Counted from the stretch's first letter, positions 1-8,287 are shown. The stretch: DNA of 64,000 nucleotides from a virus (IMGVR_UViG_3300047553_000365:1-64000), one strand, 5' to 3'. Numbers and translations: made by a program. The notes: generated by a model from the sequence alone, not told the origin.

Positions 1-13
1 ATATAAAACTAAG

Positions 14-259
14 TTGAAAACCATGAGGAGTAATTTCCTATCTGGAAAGTGTTGTATTGATTGTGGGGAATCAGATCCTATAGTTTTAGAATTTGACCAT
101 ATTATAGAATCTGAAAAGTGTTTCAATATCGCTGATGCTATAGCACATAATTATTCTGAAAAAAGTTTAATTGAAGAAATGGATAAGTGTGAAATCAGGT
201 GTGCTAATTGTCATAGAAGAAGACATTATTTTAATAATGCGGGTAAGTGGTCTGGTTGA
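14..259 (+). CDS. HNH endonuclease (probably 5'-partial)
   Basis: CxxC...LEFDH...CEIRCANCHRRRH; frame is open to the window edge; stop lies inside the downstream tRNA. Confidence 0.85.
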   Translation: MKTMRSNFLSGKCCIDCGESDPIVLEFDHIIESEKCFNIADAIAHNYSEKSLIEEMDKCEIRCANCHRRRHYFNNAGKWSG

Positions 260-310
260 CCATTCCTGTCTCATAAGCAGGAGAGGGTGATTCAATTTCA
301 CCACCCGCAA
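238..310 (+). tRNA. tRNA-Met(CAT), fMet-like acceptor
   Basis: Acceptor TGCGGGT/ACCCGCA, anticodon arm CCTGT-CTCATAA-GCAGG, T arm GGTGA-TTCAATT-TCACC. Confidence 0.8.
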
Positions 311-372
311 CTATGGTTTGGAAGCCACCTACCAATAAAGGATAGGCTTGACAGTAGGAGAGACTACAAAAC

Positions 373-444
373 TGGAGTATAGCCAAGTGGTAAGGCAGGA
401 CTCTCATAAGGTCCGTATCGTCAGTTCAAATCTGACTACTCCAA
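373..444 (+). tRNA. tRNA-Met/Ile2(CAT)
   Basis: Acceptor TGGAGTA/TACTCCA, loop CTCATAA, T arm GTCAG-TTCAAAT-CTGAC. Confidence 0.85.
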
Positions 445-477
445 CTTGAAATTCGAAAATCTCAAACTAATTAAGAT

Positions 478-813
478 ATGAATATAGGAAGAAACAAGGG
501 ACATGTTGACCCACTAGACCAAACAGTATTGCCAGAAGAACATATAGTATACGCATACTCTTTACCAGAAGAGATATGGGATGCTAATACGGATTTACAT
601 GGAACCCCAATAACTAATGGAACAGATACATGGGGGAACCCTCTTAAAACAAGCATTTGGACCTTTTTATTAAAATGTCCTCATTGCGGAACTCTTAAAA
701 TTGGAAGATCTACTGGATTTTGGTTTAGTAAAACTAGATGTAACGAATGTAGTAAAATTTATGGAGTACAACCTGATGTTAAACATTTAGAATTAGAACA
801 AGATGAGAAATAG
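478..813 (+). CDS. hypothetical protein with zinc ribbon
   Basis: CPHC...CNEC; overlaps next ORF. Confidence 0.7.
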   Translation: MNIGRNKGHVDPLDQTVLPEEHIVYAYSLPEEIWDANTDLHGTPITNGTDTWGNPLKTSIWTFLLKCPHCGTLKIGRSTGFWFSKTRCNECSKIYGVQPDVKHLELEQDEK

Positions 814-1141
814 AAGATATAGAGAAAAGAACCCAAATCTTTTCGTTGCATCAGGTCATAAGAATCATAGAATTCACGACTTTCTAAAAGGTTGGGGAAC
901 TGTTGATAAAGATGGTTCTATTCTTTGGGATAGTTGGCGACCACCAACCAAAAAAGAAATTGCAAGAGCTAAGAGAAATTCTGACAAGGCCATGAAGAAA
1001 CTAAAAGAAGGAAAATTAACATTTCTTCTTCCACAAATTGTAAATAGATGTTTTCCAACCCTTAGTGTGCAAGATATAATAGGAGTTCAACCAATGAGTA
1101 ATAATCAAAATGAGTCTGAAGAAATTAAGAACGAAGTTTAA
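803..1141 (+). CDS. hypothetical protein
   Basis: ORF coupled to upstream gene. Confidence 0.65.
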   Translation: MRNRRYREKNPNLFVASGHKNHRIHDFLKGWGTVDKDGSILWDSWRPPTKKEIARAKRNSDKAMKKLKEGKLTFLLPQIVNRCFPTLSVQDIIGVQPMSNNQNESEEIKNEV

Positions 1142-1230
1142 GATTAAATCTCCCTTTATTGGAAAGTGGTTGAAATGGTATAAGGAGAAGAAAACTACTA
1201 AAGAAAGAAAGGTGGATGATTGAATATAAA

Positions 1231-1316
<86 letters not shown>

Positions 1317-1322
1317 TAAATA
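1317..1322 (+). promoter_or_regulatory. TAAATA late-promoter-like motif
   Basis: 6 nt upstream of ATG 1329; same motif precedes other leader-bearing genes. Confidence 0.55.
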
Positions 1323-1328
1323 AAATAT

Positions 1329-1865
1329 ATGAAAACTTTTATAGAATATTGGTTAATGAGTGAAAATGCAGCACCTAGGTCTTATGCGTGTTTAATGCTA
1401 GACTGTGAAGAATTACTACCAAAAATTAAAGAAATTCAAAGTAATATTAAGGAATCTGATATATATAATGAAGAAGGTCATGGATTAGAAAAAGAACCAC
1501 ACATTACGGTTCTTTATGGGATTCATGAACAATCCCCACAATTAGTGAAGGATCAAATGGATCTATACCCTGTAACATATACTCTTACTGGATTATCATT
1601 ATTTGAAAATGAAGAATATGATGTGTTAAAATGTTCTGTAGATTCTGAATCTCTACATGCTCTTAATAAACAAGCTAGAGAATTAGAACACACTAATAAT
1701 TACCCAGATTATATACCACATCTCACAATAGCATATTTAAATCCCGGAGAAGGAAAGAAATATTTAAAAATGAAATCACCTATATTTGACAAAGAATTAA
1801 AGTCCGATAGATTCATTTTCTCTGATAAAGACGGAAATCAAACAAAATGGAAAGTTGAAGGATGA
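1329..1865 (+). CDS. 2H phosphoesterase (T4 gp57B/Acb1-like)
   Basis: Two HxT motifs (PHITVLYG, YIPHLTIAY); N-terminal MKTFIEYWLMSE leader. Confidence 0.8.
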   Translation: MKTFIEYWLMSENAAPRSYACLMLDCEELLPKIKEIQSNIKESDIYNEEGHGLEKEPHITVLYGIHEQSPQLVKDQMDLYPVTYTLTGLSLFENEEYDVLKCSVDSESLHALNKQARELEHTNNYPDYIPHLTIAYLNPGEGKKYLKMKSPIFDKELKSDRFIFSDKDGNQTKWKVEG

Positions 1866-2041
1866 AAGTATATTATAAAGCAGTAGATCTTATTCAATGG
1901 GTTTGGAAACATACCTTTGGAATTGAGAAGTCGAAAACACAAATCAAAAGAGAACTTGAACAGGGTTCCGTCAAACTAAACAATCGAAAAATCAATGTCG
2001 ATGACGTTTTTATGTTTGACAAAAACGAAAAGTGTGATTAA
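1862..2041 (+). CDS. small S4-like RNA-binding domain protein (59 aa, not in ORF track)
   Basis: Manual translation: SKTQIKRELEQGSVKLNNRKINVDD matches the S4 pattern; ATGA overlap with upstream gene. Confidence 0.55.
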   Translation: MKVYYKAVDLIQWVWKHTFGIEKSKTQIKRELEQGSVKLNNRKINVDDVFMFDKNEKCD

Positions 2042-2049
2042 ATCATTAC

Positions 2050-2316
2050 ATGATTACATTTGAACGTCAGATTGTGAATTTCGAACCTAAATGGTTAGTA
2101 AAACTTAACGATAAAGAATTCGGAAGATTAACAGCAGATCATATCAATGACTGCATTAATGATCGATATTTGGAAAGTGTTGAAGGTGTAAGGCTGAAAG
2201 ATGAATACCTTTTGGTCTTGAAAGAATTGATGGGTGATCCAAATTTTGATGAAGAATTAACACAAAAGTTTGACGAATTGATAAATACTATTAAAGAATC
2301 TATGCAAAAACAATAG
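2050..2316 (+). CDS. hypothetical protein (TAG stop, in frame with next ORF)
   Basis: ORF track. Confidence 0.65.
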   Translation: MITFERQIVNFEPKWLVKLNDKEFGRLTADHINDCINDRYLESVEGVRLKDEYLLVLKELMGDPNFDEELTQKFDELINTIKESMQKQ

Positions 2317-2364
2317 GTAGCGACTGCCGAAACAGGCGCAAGAGACGGTGCATTCCTTAGTGGA

Positions 2365-2709
2365 TTGCGTGTAAGAGTAAAGGAACTAGCACAGGAAGCT
2401 AGATATATTCGACTAGAAGAAAGTCGAGTAAAGAAGGGGGGTAAGATGAATGTAAACCCAAGGTCAAAGGATTTCTTTGAACTTAACGCTCATCGAAGGT
2501 TCCATGTAAGACCAGCAGCAAGGGCTGCACAATTGGCTTACGGGTTTCTAAAAGGAATCCCCTATAAGAAAATAGAGTCTAAGACCTATACTACTGCGTT
2601 TGATATGCAGTATATTAAAAAAGAGGTTAAGAGACTGGCCACCAAATTCGGTAGATTACCATATGGTAAGAACTACGATGAAGAAGTAGAAAGGTGGTTT
2701 CAAGAATAA
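2365..2709 (+). CDS. conserved phage hypothetical protein; start uncertain
   Basis: KELAQEARYIR...HRRFHVRPAARAAQLAYGFLKGIPYKKIE; only a TTG start below the TAG at 2314. Confidence 0.7.
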   Translation: MRVRVKELAQEARYIRLEESRVKKGGKMNVNPRSKDFFELNAHRRFHVRPAARAAQLAYGFLKGIPYKKIESKTYTTAFDMQYIKKEVKRLATKFGRLPYGKNYDEEVERWFQE

Positions 2710-2712
2710 CAG

Positions 2713-2740
2713 TTGACAATGTTCAATAAAATGGTATGCT
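2713..2740 (+). promoter_or_regulatory. sigma70-like promoter upstream of the CUA tRNA
   Basis: TTGACA-16 nt-TATGCT with TG extension. Confidence 0.6.
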
Positions 2741-2756
2741 GAAAAGTATACCAAAT

Positions 2757-2828
2757 GCAATGTTCGTCTAACGGCTAAGACAGGAAACTCTAAATCTCTC
2801 AATGCGGGTTCGATTCCCACACATTGCA
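2757..2828 (+). tRNA. tRNA with CTA anticodon (amber suppressor type)
   Basis: GCAATGT/ACATTGC, D stem GTCT/AGAC, loop CTCTAAA, T loop TTCGATT; one mismatch in each of the anticodon and T stems. Confidence 0.8.
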
Positions 2829-2830
2829 CC

Positions 2831-3463
2831 GTGAACGATAAAGATTTTATAAAAGCAGTCGAAGAATCTAATAATATATCTAATGTTATTAGAAAGATGA
2901 ATAGGTCTGCTGTCGGTAGTAATTTTAAATGGTGTAAGAAGCATATCAAAAGACTCAATCTTGATACTTCACACTGGAAGAAAGAACGTAACCCAATACC
3001 CGAATGTAGAATTCATACAAACGAAGACCTATTTCAAGAAAACTCTTCTATAGCTAGAGGAACAGTAAAGAAAAGAATCATAATTGACAATCTTATAAAA
3101 TATGAATGTAGTAATTGTGGAATCTCAAAATGGAATGGTCAAGATCTAAGTTTAATTCTAGATCATATTAATGGAATATCCAACGATCATAGATTAGAAA
3201 ATCTTAGATTTTTATGTCCTAATTGTAACTCACAAACTTCTACGTTTTCTGGTAGAAATAAAAAGAATACCCTAGATGATTATTCATGTAATTCCAAACA
3301 CAAATCTAAATCATTGCCACAAAAATTTAAAATAGAAGATGATTACCTTCTATCATTGGTCGATTTTAATAAAATATCTTTTACAAAAATTGCCAAAGAA
3401 TATAATGTATCTGATACTACAGTAAGAAAAAGATATAATAAAATTAAAGCCGAAGTCGAATAA
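2831..3463 (+). CDS. HNH endonuclease
   Basis: CSNCG...LDHINGISNDHRLENLRFLCPNCNSQT; C-terminal HTH-like segment. Confidence 0.92.
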   Translation: MNDKDFIKAVEESNNISNVIRKMNRSAVGSNFKWCKKHIKRLNLDTSHWKKERNPIPECRIHTNEDLFQENSSIARGTVKKRIIIDNLIKYECSNCGISKWNGQDLSLILDHINGISNDHRLENLRFLCPNCNSQTSTFSGRNKKNTLDDYSCNSKHKSKSLPQKFKIEDDYLLSLVDFNKISFTKIAKEYNVSDTTVRKRYNKIKAEVE

Positions 3464-3521
3464 ATTAAATTCACCCACCTTTTCGTGTGGAGAAATGGTA
3501 GCTTACAACTATCCTTCGGCG
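3449..3521 (+). tRNA. atypical tRNA-Glu-like cloverleaf, 8-nt anticodon loop
   Basis: GCCGAAG/CTTCGGC, GAAT/ATTC, CCAC/GTGG, GGTAG/CTATC all pair; loop CTTTTCGT; D and T loops non-consensus. Confidence 0.5.
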
Positions 3522-3522
3522 C

Positions 3523-3783
3523 ATGGAAAACATATATACGGATATTAGAGTTGTTGGTGGACAAGAAGAAGTAATAGAACTTTTTAAAGTTTTGTATACC
3601 ATACAACGTTTAGGAAGAGTTGGTGCTAGTAGAGATTTACTAGTATCTGTTGATGGTGATGGAAGTGCCAGATTAGAATTCTTCCTACAAGAAAATGGTA
3701 GTCTTATACCTTTCGATGAGATGTATAAAAATATAAAGATAAATCTTGATGAGGATATAATTAAATTTGAAATAGGGGAATAA
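3523..3783 (+). CDS. hypothetical protein
   Basis: ORF track. Confidence 0.65.
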   Translation: MENIYTDIRVVGGQEEVIELFKVLYTIQRLGRVGASRDLLVSVDGDGSARLEFFLQENGSLIPFDEMYKNIKINLDEDIIKFEIGE

Positions 3784-3785
3784 TT

Positions 3786-4334
3786 ATGATAACTAAAGAA
3801 GAAGTATACAAGTTGAAGAGTAAAGATATTCTTAAAAGAGATTATGATAAAATCATAGATAAAATTTCTAGGAGAACTCAAGAAGTTTGGGAATATATAT
3901 GTTTTTTGCAGAATAGAACTATGGATTGGTGGGCATTTTCAAATGATGTGGAATATGCTGACGGAGACGGATCGAGTGGTGGAAATTTTGATGTAAAGAA
4001 CGATTTTAAGTATATTTCAATTGGTGGAGAGAATAGTCCGGGTTACTATTCAAAGGCTGGATGGTCATTGGAATCTCGTAAGTATACATATGAGTATGGG
4101 TTTCCCACAGAACTTCTTTGGGATAAAAACTGGAAGAAGACTATTCAAAAATTTGTTGACGAAGAAAGAAATATCATCGAAAATTATAATAAGAAAGAGA
4201 AAGATAAGAAACTGACTAAAAAAGAAAAAAGACAAAAACTGGCAGAGAATATTCGTAGTAAATTGACAAGAGATGAAATTAAATTTATTATGACCAAGTT
4301 CACAAAGGCAGAAGAAAAAATACTGCTTAGTTGA
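3786..4334 (+). CDS. hypothetical protein
   Basis: ORF track. Confidence 0.7.
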   Translation: MITKEEVYKLKSKDILKRDYDKIIDKISRRTQEVWEYICFLQNRTMDWWAFSNDVEYADGDGSSGGNFDVKNDFKYISIGGENSPGYYSKAGWSLESRKYTYEYGFPTELLWDKNWKKTIQKFVDEERNIIENYNKKEKDKKLTKKEKRQKLAENIRSKLTRDEIKFIMTKFTKAEEKILLS

Positions 4335-4338
4335 AAAC

Positions 4339-4442
4339 GCGGAGTTAGTAGCAAGTAAAATGTCCTCTATTTAGGGGGAAGTTGGAAAAACATAGTGAAA
4401 ATTCTAGATGAGTAACTATGGGTGCAAGTCCTCCACTCCGAT
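4339..4442 (+). ncRNA. tRNA-like element with 34-nt hairpin splitting the T stem
   Basis: CGGAGT/ACTCCG, TCCTC-TATTTAG-GGGGA, GGA[insert with CATAGT/ACTATG]GG-TGCAAGT-CCTCC. Confidence 0.4.
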
Positions 4443-4443
4443 C

Positions 4444-4677
4444 ATGAAAGAATACAAACCAATTAAACTCATTCCTAAAAGTTCTACATATATGGAATGG
4501 GTGGAAACAACCTCCAATGCTCTTGGAGTCCCCTTCGATCCAAATGATCCGAAGCATTATGAAAATTCAAAAAGATCTCCTATATTGGAGCTTTTAGGAT
4601 TAAATGAAGAAAAATCTGGTAATGGTAAAATTCCATCTGAGATGAAAGAAAGTAGGTCGTCAAACCGAAACAAGTAA
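4444..4677 (+). CDS. hypothetical protein
   Basis: Internal ATG just after the tRNA-like element. Confidence 0.5.
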   Translation: MKEYKPIKLIPKSSTYMEWVETTSNALGVPFDPNDPKHYENSKRSPILELLGLNEEKSGNGKIPSEMKESRSSNRNK

Positions 4678-4727
4678 TCAATCAAGAGATAAAATACCCA
4701 TAATTCCTTGACGGGGGTTATGTAAAA

Positions 4728-4800
4728 TCCCAAGTAGCTCAGTGGCAGAAGCGTCTGACTGTTAATCAGAATGTCGTAGGTTCGACCCCTACCTTGGGAG
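4728..4800 (+). tRNA. trnN: tRNA-Asn(GTT)
   Basis: TCCCAAG/CTTGGGA, loop CTGTTAA. Confidence 0.95.
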
Positions 4801-4874
4801 CAGGTTGTCGGTAATGAGCAACGATGTATGAAATAAATCGTTATAATGTTGGTCACATTTAAAAATGACCACTA

Positions 4875-4948
4875 CGGAATATTGCGTAATCTGGTATCGC
4901 GCTTGCTTTGGGAGCAAGAGACTTTGGGTTCGAATCCCAATATTCCGA
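4875..4948 (+). tRNA. trnP: tRNA-Pro(TGG)
   Basis: CGGAATA/TATTCCG, CTTGC-TTTGGGA-GCAAG. Confidence 0.95.
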
Positions 4949-4954
4949 CATAGA

Positions 4955-5941
4955 ATGAAACCGAAGCGAACAAAGTATAGTGATTCTCTAATCGAGAAAA
5001 TTGTAGACTATATCTACAACAAAGGACATTCCTTTGGAGAAGCAGTTGAGGAATTTGATTTACCTGAAAGTACCATCACATACCTTACTTGGAAATATAG
5101 AAAAACCACAGACGATAAAATATATATTCATGGTCCACATACCAAATATACCGATAACTTAATTGATGATGTCGGAGATTATATTTATATTGGTGTAAAA
5201 ACTAAAAGAGAGGCTATGAATAAATTCGGAAAAACCAATAAAGTAATTATTACAATAATTAAAAAATACCGAGATAAATATAGTAACGATCCTGTAAAGA
5301 TTCCTCACATAGAATCATACCATAGCAAAATTCTAAAACGTGTAAATAGTGAAAAAAATAGAGAAGTTTCTAAATCCAACATAGCCTTAGTTGAAACATA
5401 TAATCAGGGGGTTAGGTGTGACGAAGAAGGAAACCTATTATCTCCCGACAATACGCCGAGGAGATTGAGAGAGGATAAAGATGGGTATTTAATATTTTCA
5501 AATAATGTAAGTTTTGGTTCATATCCCGTAAAATTACACCGACTACAAGCATATCAAAAATATGGCGATAAATTGTTTGAGGATGGTATAATGACCAGAC
5601 ACTTAGATGGAAATCCAAAAAATAATAATATTAATAATATTGATATCGGTGATAATTACCAAAACCAACAAGACATTCCAGAAGACATTAGAAAGAAAAG
5701 ATCAGTGAGAGGGTTAATAGAGGCTAAAAAAGCAAACACGAAATATACGGACGAATTTAAAAGGGAGGTGGCTGAATACATGTATATAGAATGTCACACA
5801 TCTAGAGAAGCAGAAAAAAAATTCAACTTGCCATTTTTTACCCTACAAAGACTTGCAAGAGACGCTGATCTTAAATTTAATATCGGAAGAAATGAAAATT
5901 ATAATAAGATAATTAAAAACATTCACAAAAGAAAGAAATAA
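4955..5941 (+). CDS. HNH endonuclease with repeated HTH-like domains
   Basis: KLHRLQAYQKYG...RHLDGNPKNNNINNI; repeated TKYxD/HTH-like units; start moved downstream of tRNA-Pro. Confidence 0.88.
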   Translation: MKPKRTKYSDSLIEKIVDYIYNKGHSFGEAVEEFDLPESTITYLTWKYRKTTDDKIYIHGPHTKYTDNLIDDVGDYIYIGVKTKREAMNKFGKTNKVIITIIKKYRDKYSNDPVKIPHIESYHSKILKRVNSEKNREVSKSNIALVETYNQGVRCDEEGNLLSPDNTPRRLREDKDGYLIFSNNVSFGSYPVKLHRLQAYQKYGDKLFEDGIMTRHLDGNPKNNNINNIDIGDNYQNQQDIPEDIRKKRSVRGLIEAKKANTKYTDEFKREVAEYMYIECHTSREAEKKFNLPFFTLQRLARDADLKFNIGRNENYNKIIKNIHKRKK

Positions 5942-5944
5942 ATT

Positions 5945-6118
5945 ATGTTTAACTTAGATATATTTAAAAAAGAGAAGGAAGAAGAGATATCATTACAAGA
6001 ATGTTTAAAAAGATTTGAGGGGGTGATAGATTCCGATGATGAACTTAATCATGGATATCGAAAAATAATTTTGCATCTTCTAGATAGAATTGAGAAATTA
6101 GAAAAGGTTCAAAAATGA
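5945..6118 (+). CDS. small hypothetical protein (57 aa, not in track)
   Basis: Manual translation; fills gap, ATGA overlap with next gene. Confidence 0.55.
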   Translation: MFNLDIFKKEKEEEISLQECLKRFEGVIDSDDELNHGYRKIILHLLDRIEKLEKVQK

Positions 6119-6402
6119 AATACACCTATAATATAGAGTGTCCTCTTGGTGACAAGTGGGTAGCATTTATAAAAATGCAAACAAGAACCTATTGTGATGG
6201 TTATTTGGATGCATTGGAAGGACAATTCCCAAGAAATAACTTGCGTATGGTTCGATCTGATGGTAAGATAGTTCGTGAAGTAAAAGCATTTGATGACGTA
6301 AGTGTTGGAATGATTGCAGGATGGCCTACAGCAGAACAATACGAACATGCAGCAGAAAGAGCCTTGGAAAAGGCAAAGAGAATTAGAGAGAAAAGATTAT
6401 GA
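6115..6402 (+). CDS. hypothetical protein
   Basis: ORF track; coupled. Confidence 0.7.
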   Translation: MKYTYNIECPLGDKWVAFIKMQTRTYCDGYLDALEGQFPRNNLRMVRSDGKIVREVKAFDDVSVGMIAGWPTAEQYEHAAERALEKAKRIREKRL

Positions 6403-6674
6403 GAGAAATGACAACAACTTTATGTGCAGTTCCGTATAGAGTTACGGAACATGATAATCAAATAATGTTTAAAGACGATTCTGGTTTTTGTGGATATGAA
6501 TCAGTCTTTAGTATGGAGTGGAGAGGAACAGGATGGTATTTAATAGACACTGAAAACACCTTCGCTAAAATTTATGTTCCTCATATTGTTGCTGCATATG
6601 AGTGGCTAGAGAAGAATTATATTAAACATTATTATGATGGTGTTGCAACTGTTGAATGTATTTATAAAGAGTAA
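6399..6674 (+). CDS. hypothetical protein
   Basis: ORF track; coupled. Confidence 0.7.
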   Translation: MREMTTTLCAVPYRVTEHDNQIMFKDDSGFCGYESVFSMEWRGTGWYLIDTENTFAKIYVPHIVAAYEWLEKNYIKHYYDGVATVECIYKE

Positions 6675-6687
6675 CTAGAAAAAGATT

Positions 6688-6954
6688 ATGGGTAAAAGAA
6701 ATAGAATAAAGGGTAAATCTTCTTTCAAAACAATTCCAGATCCAGAAGATTCTTGGGCCAAAGTGGAGTTGTATAGGTGGCAACATGGTGAGTTACCTAT
6801 TAATCAAAAACATTCGTTGGATGAAAGTAAAGCATTGATGGCTATGGCAGATGCTATTGAAAAAGGATGTAAGGAAAACGATTCATCAATTATGCCATCA
6901 CCATATAATGTTTGTGCTGTTCTTAGATATATGGCAAAGAAAATCAATAATTAA
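6688..6954 (+). CDS. hypothetical protein
   Basis: ORF track. Confidence 0.7.
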   Translation: MGKRNRIKGKSSFKTIPDPEDSWAKVELYRWQHGELPINQKHSLDESKALMAMADAIEKGCKENDSSIMPSPYNVCAVLRYMAKKINN

Positions 6955-6968
6955 AACCGGGGTAAAAT
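6950..6968 (+). promoter_or_regulatory. phage promoter motif ATTAAAACCG-GGG-TAAAAT (plus-strand copy)
   Basis: Same motif as 19 minus-strand copies in 34-64 kb; precedes tRNA-Lys. Confidence 0.7.
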
Positions 6969-7043
6969 CCGTCCTATCGCTTCGAACCTACAGATAACAA
7001 CCATTGACGAATAGTTGAAACCTGAAATTAGCAAGAAGCCCAA

Positions 7044-7119
7044 GGGTGCGTAGCTCAATTGGTAGAGCAACTGGCTTTTAACCAGTAGGTCATGGGATCG
7101 TAGCCCATCGCACCCACCA
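7044..7119 (+). tRNA. trnK: tRNA-Lys(TTT)
   Basis: GGGTGCG/CGCACCC, loop CTTTTAA, encoded CCA; T loop ATCGTAG atypical. Confidence 0.95.
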
Positions 7120-7330
7120 GAATATTGACAAAGACAAAGAAAAGAGTAAATAAGTTTGAGAGGACGAGTGCCTCTCACGGGCTGCTACAATACCCGTAAT
7201 TTATATGGCCATATGAAGATTGTAGAAAATTATCAATCAAATAGGTATGGTGGAACTTCGAACTACATTATACCGAATGTGAAATGGTGAGGGCTATGTG
7301 TTAACGAATGACCTCTCTTGGTTGATAAAT

Positions 7331-7402
7331 GTGGATGTAGGTAAATGGTTATACTGCCTTCCTTCCAAGTAGGCGTTGTCGGTTCGATTCCGACCATCCA
7401 CA
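7331..7402 (+). tRNA. trnG: tRNA-Gly(TCC)
   Basis: GTGGATG/CATCCAC, loop CTTCCAA. Confidence 0.9.
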
Positions 7403-7403
7403 C

Positions 7404-7946
7404 ATGAAAAAGTTAAGTAAATGTGCAGAATGTTTATTACTAGCATATAACCTAGGTTATAGGTGTGATGATGAGGGGAATGTAATATCTCCAAAAGATA
7501 ATAATTTGAAACTATATACTAATAGTACTGGATATTTCTGTTTTTCGATAAGACTTAATACAGACATACACCATAGAGCAGTTTCTAGAGCAATTCCAGT
7601 TCATAGATTACAAGCATATCAAATATATGGTGATAAGATTTTTGAAAGGGGTATCCATGTTAGACATATTAATAGTAATTGTTTGGATAACAGTCGAAAA
7701 AATATTGGTATTGGTAGCGCATCAGATAACATGATGGATAAACCTTTAGAAATTCGTGTTCGGTGTGCAGTAAATGCATCATCAACCAATAGAAAGTTTA
7801 CTGATGATGAAATGGGTGAAATAAAAACTTTTTATAATGAATGCAAATCCTACCACAAAACTATGGAAAAATTTAAAATTCCTAGCAAGGGTAGTTTACA
7901 TTATATGTTGAATAGAAAATATGTAACAAATAAGGTAAAGTTGTAA
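7404..7946 (+). CDS. HNH endonuclease
   Basis: IPVHRLQAYQIYG...HVRHINSNCLDNSRKNIGIG; paralog of 4955..5941. Confidence 0.88.
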   Translation: MKKLSKCAECLLLAYNLGYRCDDEGNVISPKDNNLKLYTNSTGYFCFSIRLNTDIHHRAVSRAIPVHRLQAYQIYGDKIFERGIHVRHINSNCLDNSRKNIGIGSASDNMMDKPLEIRVRCAVNASSTNRKFTDDEMGEIKTFYNECKSYHKTMEKFKIPSKGSLHYMLNRKYVTNKVKL

Positions 7947-7957
7947 ACTCTCCCTGT

Positions 7958-8028
7958 GTCCTACTAGCTTAATGGTAAAGCTCCTGTTTTGTAATCAGGG
8001 GATCACAGTTCGATTCTGTGGTGGGACT
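7958..8028 (+). tRNA. trnT: tRNA-Thr(TGT)
   Basis: GTCCTAC/GTGGGAC, loop TTTGTAA. Confidence 0.92.
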
Positions 8029-8029
8029 C

Positions 8030-8239
8030 ATGATTGATCCATATAAAGACAAGGTTGGGTTTGGTAAGTATGCGGATAAAACATACTATGATGTGGCAGA
8101 AATCGACCCATCTTATATATTATGGGTTAAAGATAATGTTAAAGGGGTTAATCTTCCTGTGGATTTTACGGATGCTGTTGAATGGGATCTTATGGAGGAA
8201 GAGGAAGAATACCTATCCCAATGGGACCATATAACGTGA
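8030..8239 (+). CDS. small FGKY-motif protein (ExoX C-terminal-like)
   Basis: GFGKYADKTYYDVAEIDPSYILW. Confidence 0.6.
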   Translation: MIDPYKDKVGFGKYADKTYYDVAEIDPSYILWVKDNVKGVNLPVDFTDAVEWDLMEEEEEYLSQWDHIT

Positions 8240-8257
8240 TCGCGTATAGGAAATCCT

Positions 8258-8287
8258 TTGACATTTGAGGCATTTTGTGATTAAATA
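8258..8287 (+). promoter_or_regulatory. sigma70-like promoter overlapping TAAATA
   Basis: TTGACA-17 nt-TTAAATA. Confidence 0.6.

Noticed and set aside
4339-4442. tmRNA
   Set aside because: Far too short, with no tag reading frame or pseudoknot region
4865-4954. N-terminal extension of the HNH ORF in the track
   Set aside because: It translates through tRNA-Pro; ATG 4955 is the more plausible start
7155-7200. Twin hairpins after the promoter near 7125 as an ncRNA
   Set aside because: Two short stems only; could be a terminator or chance
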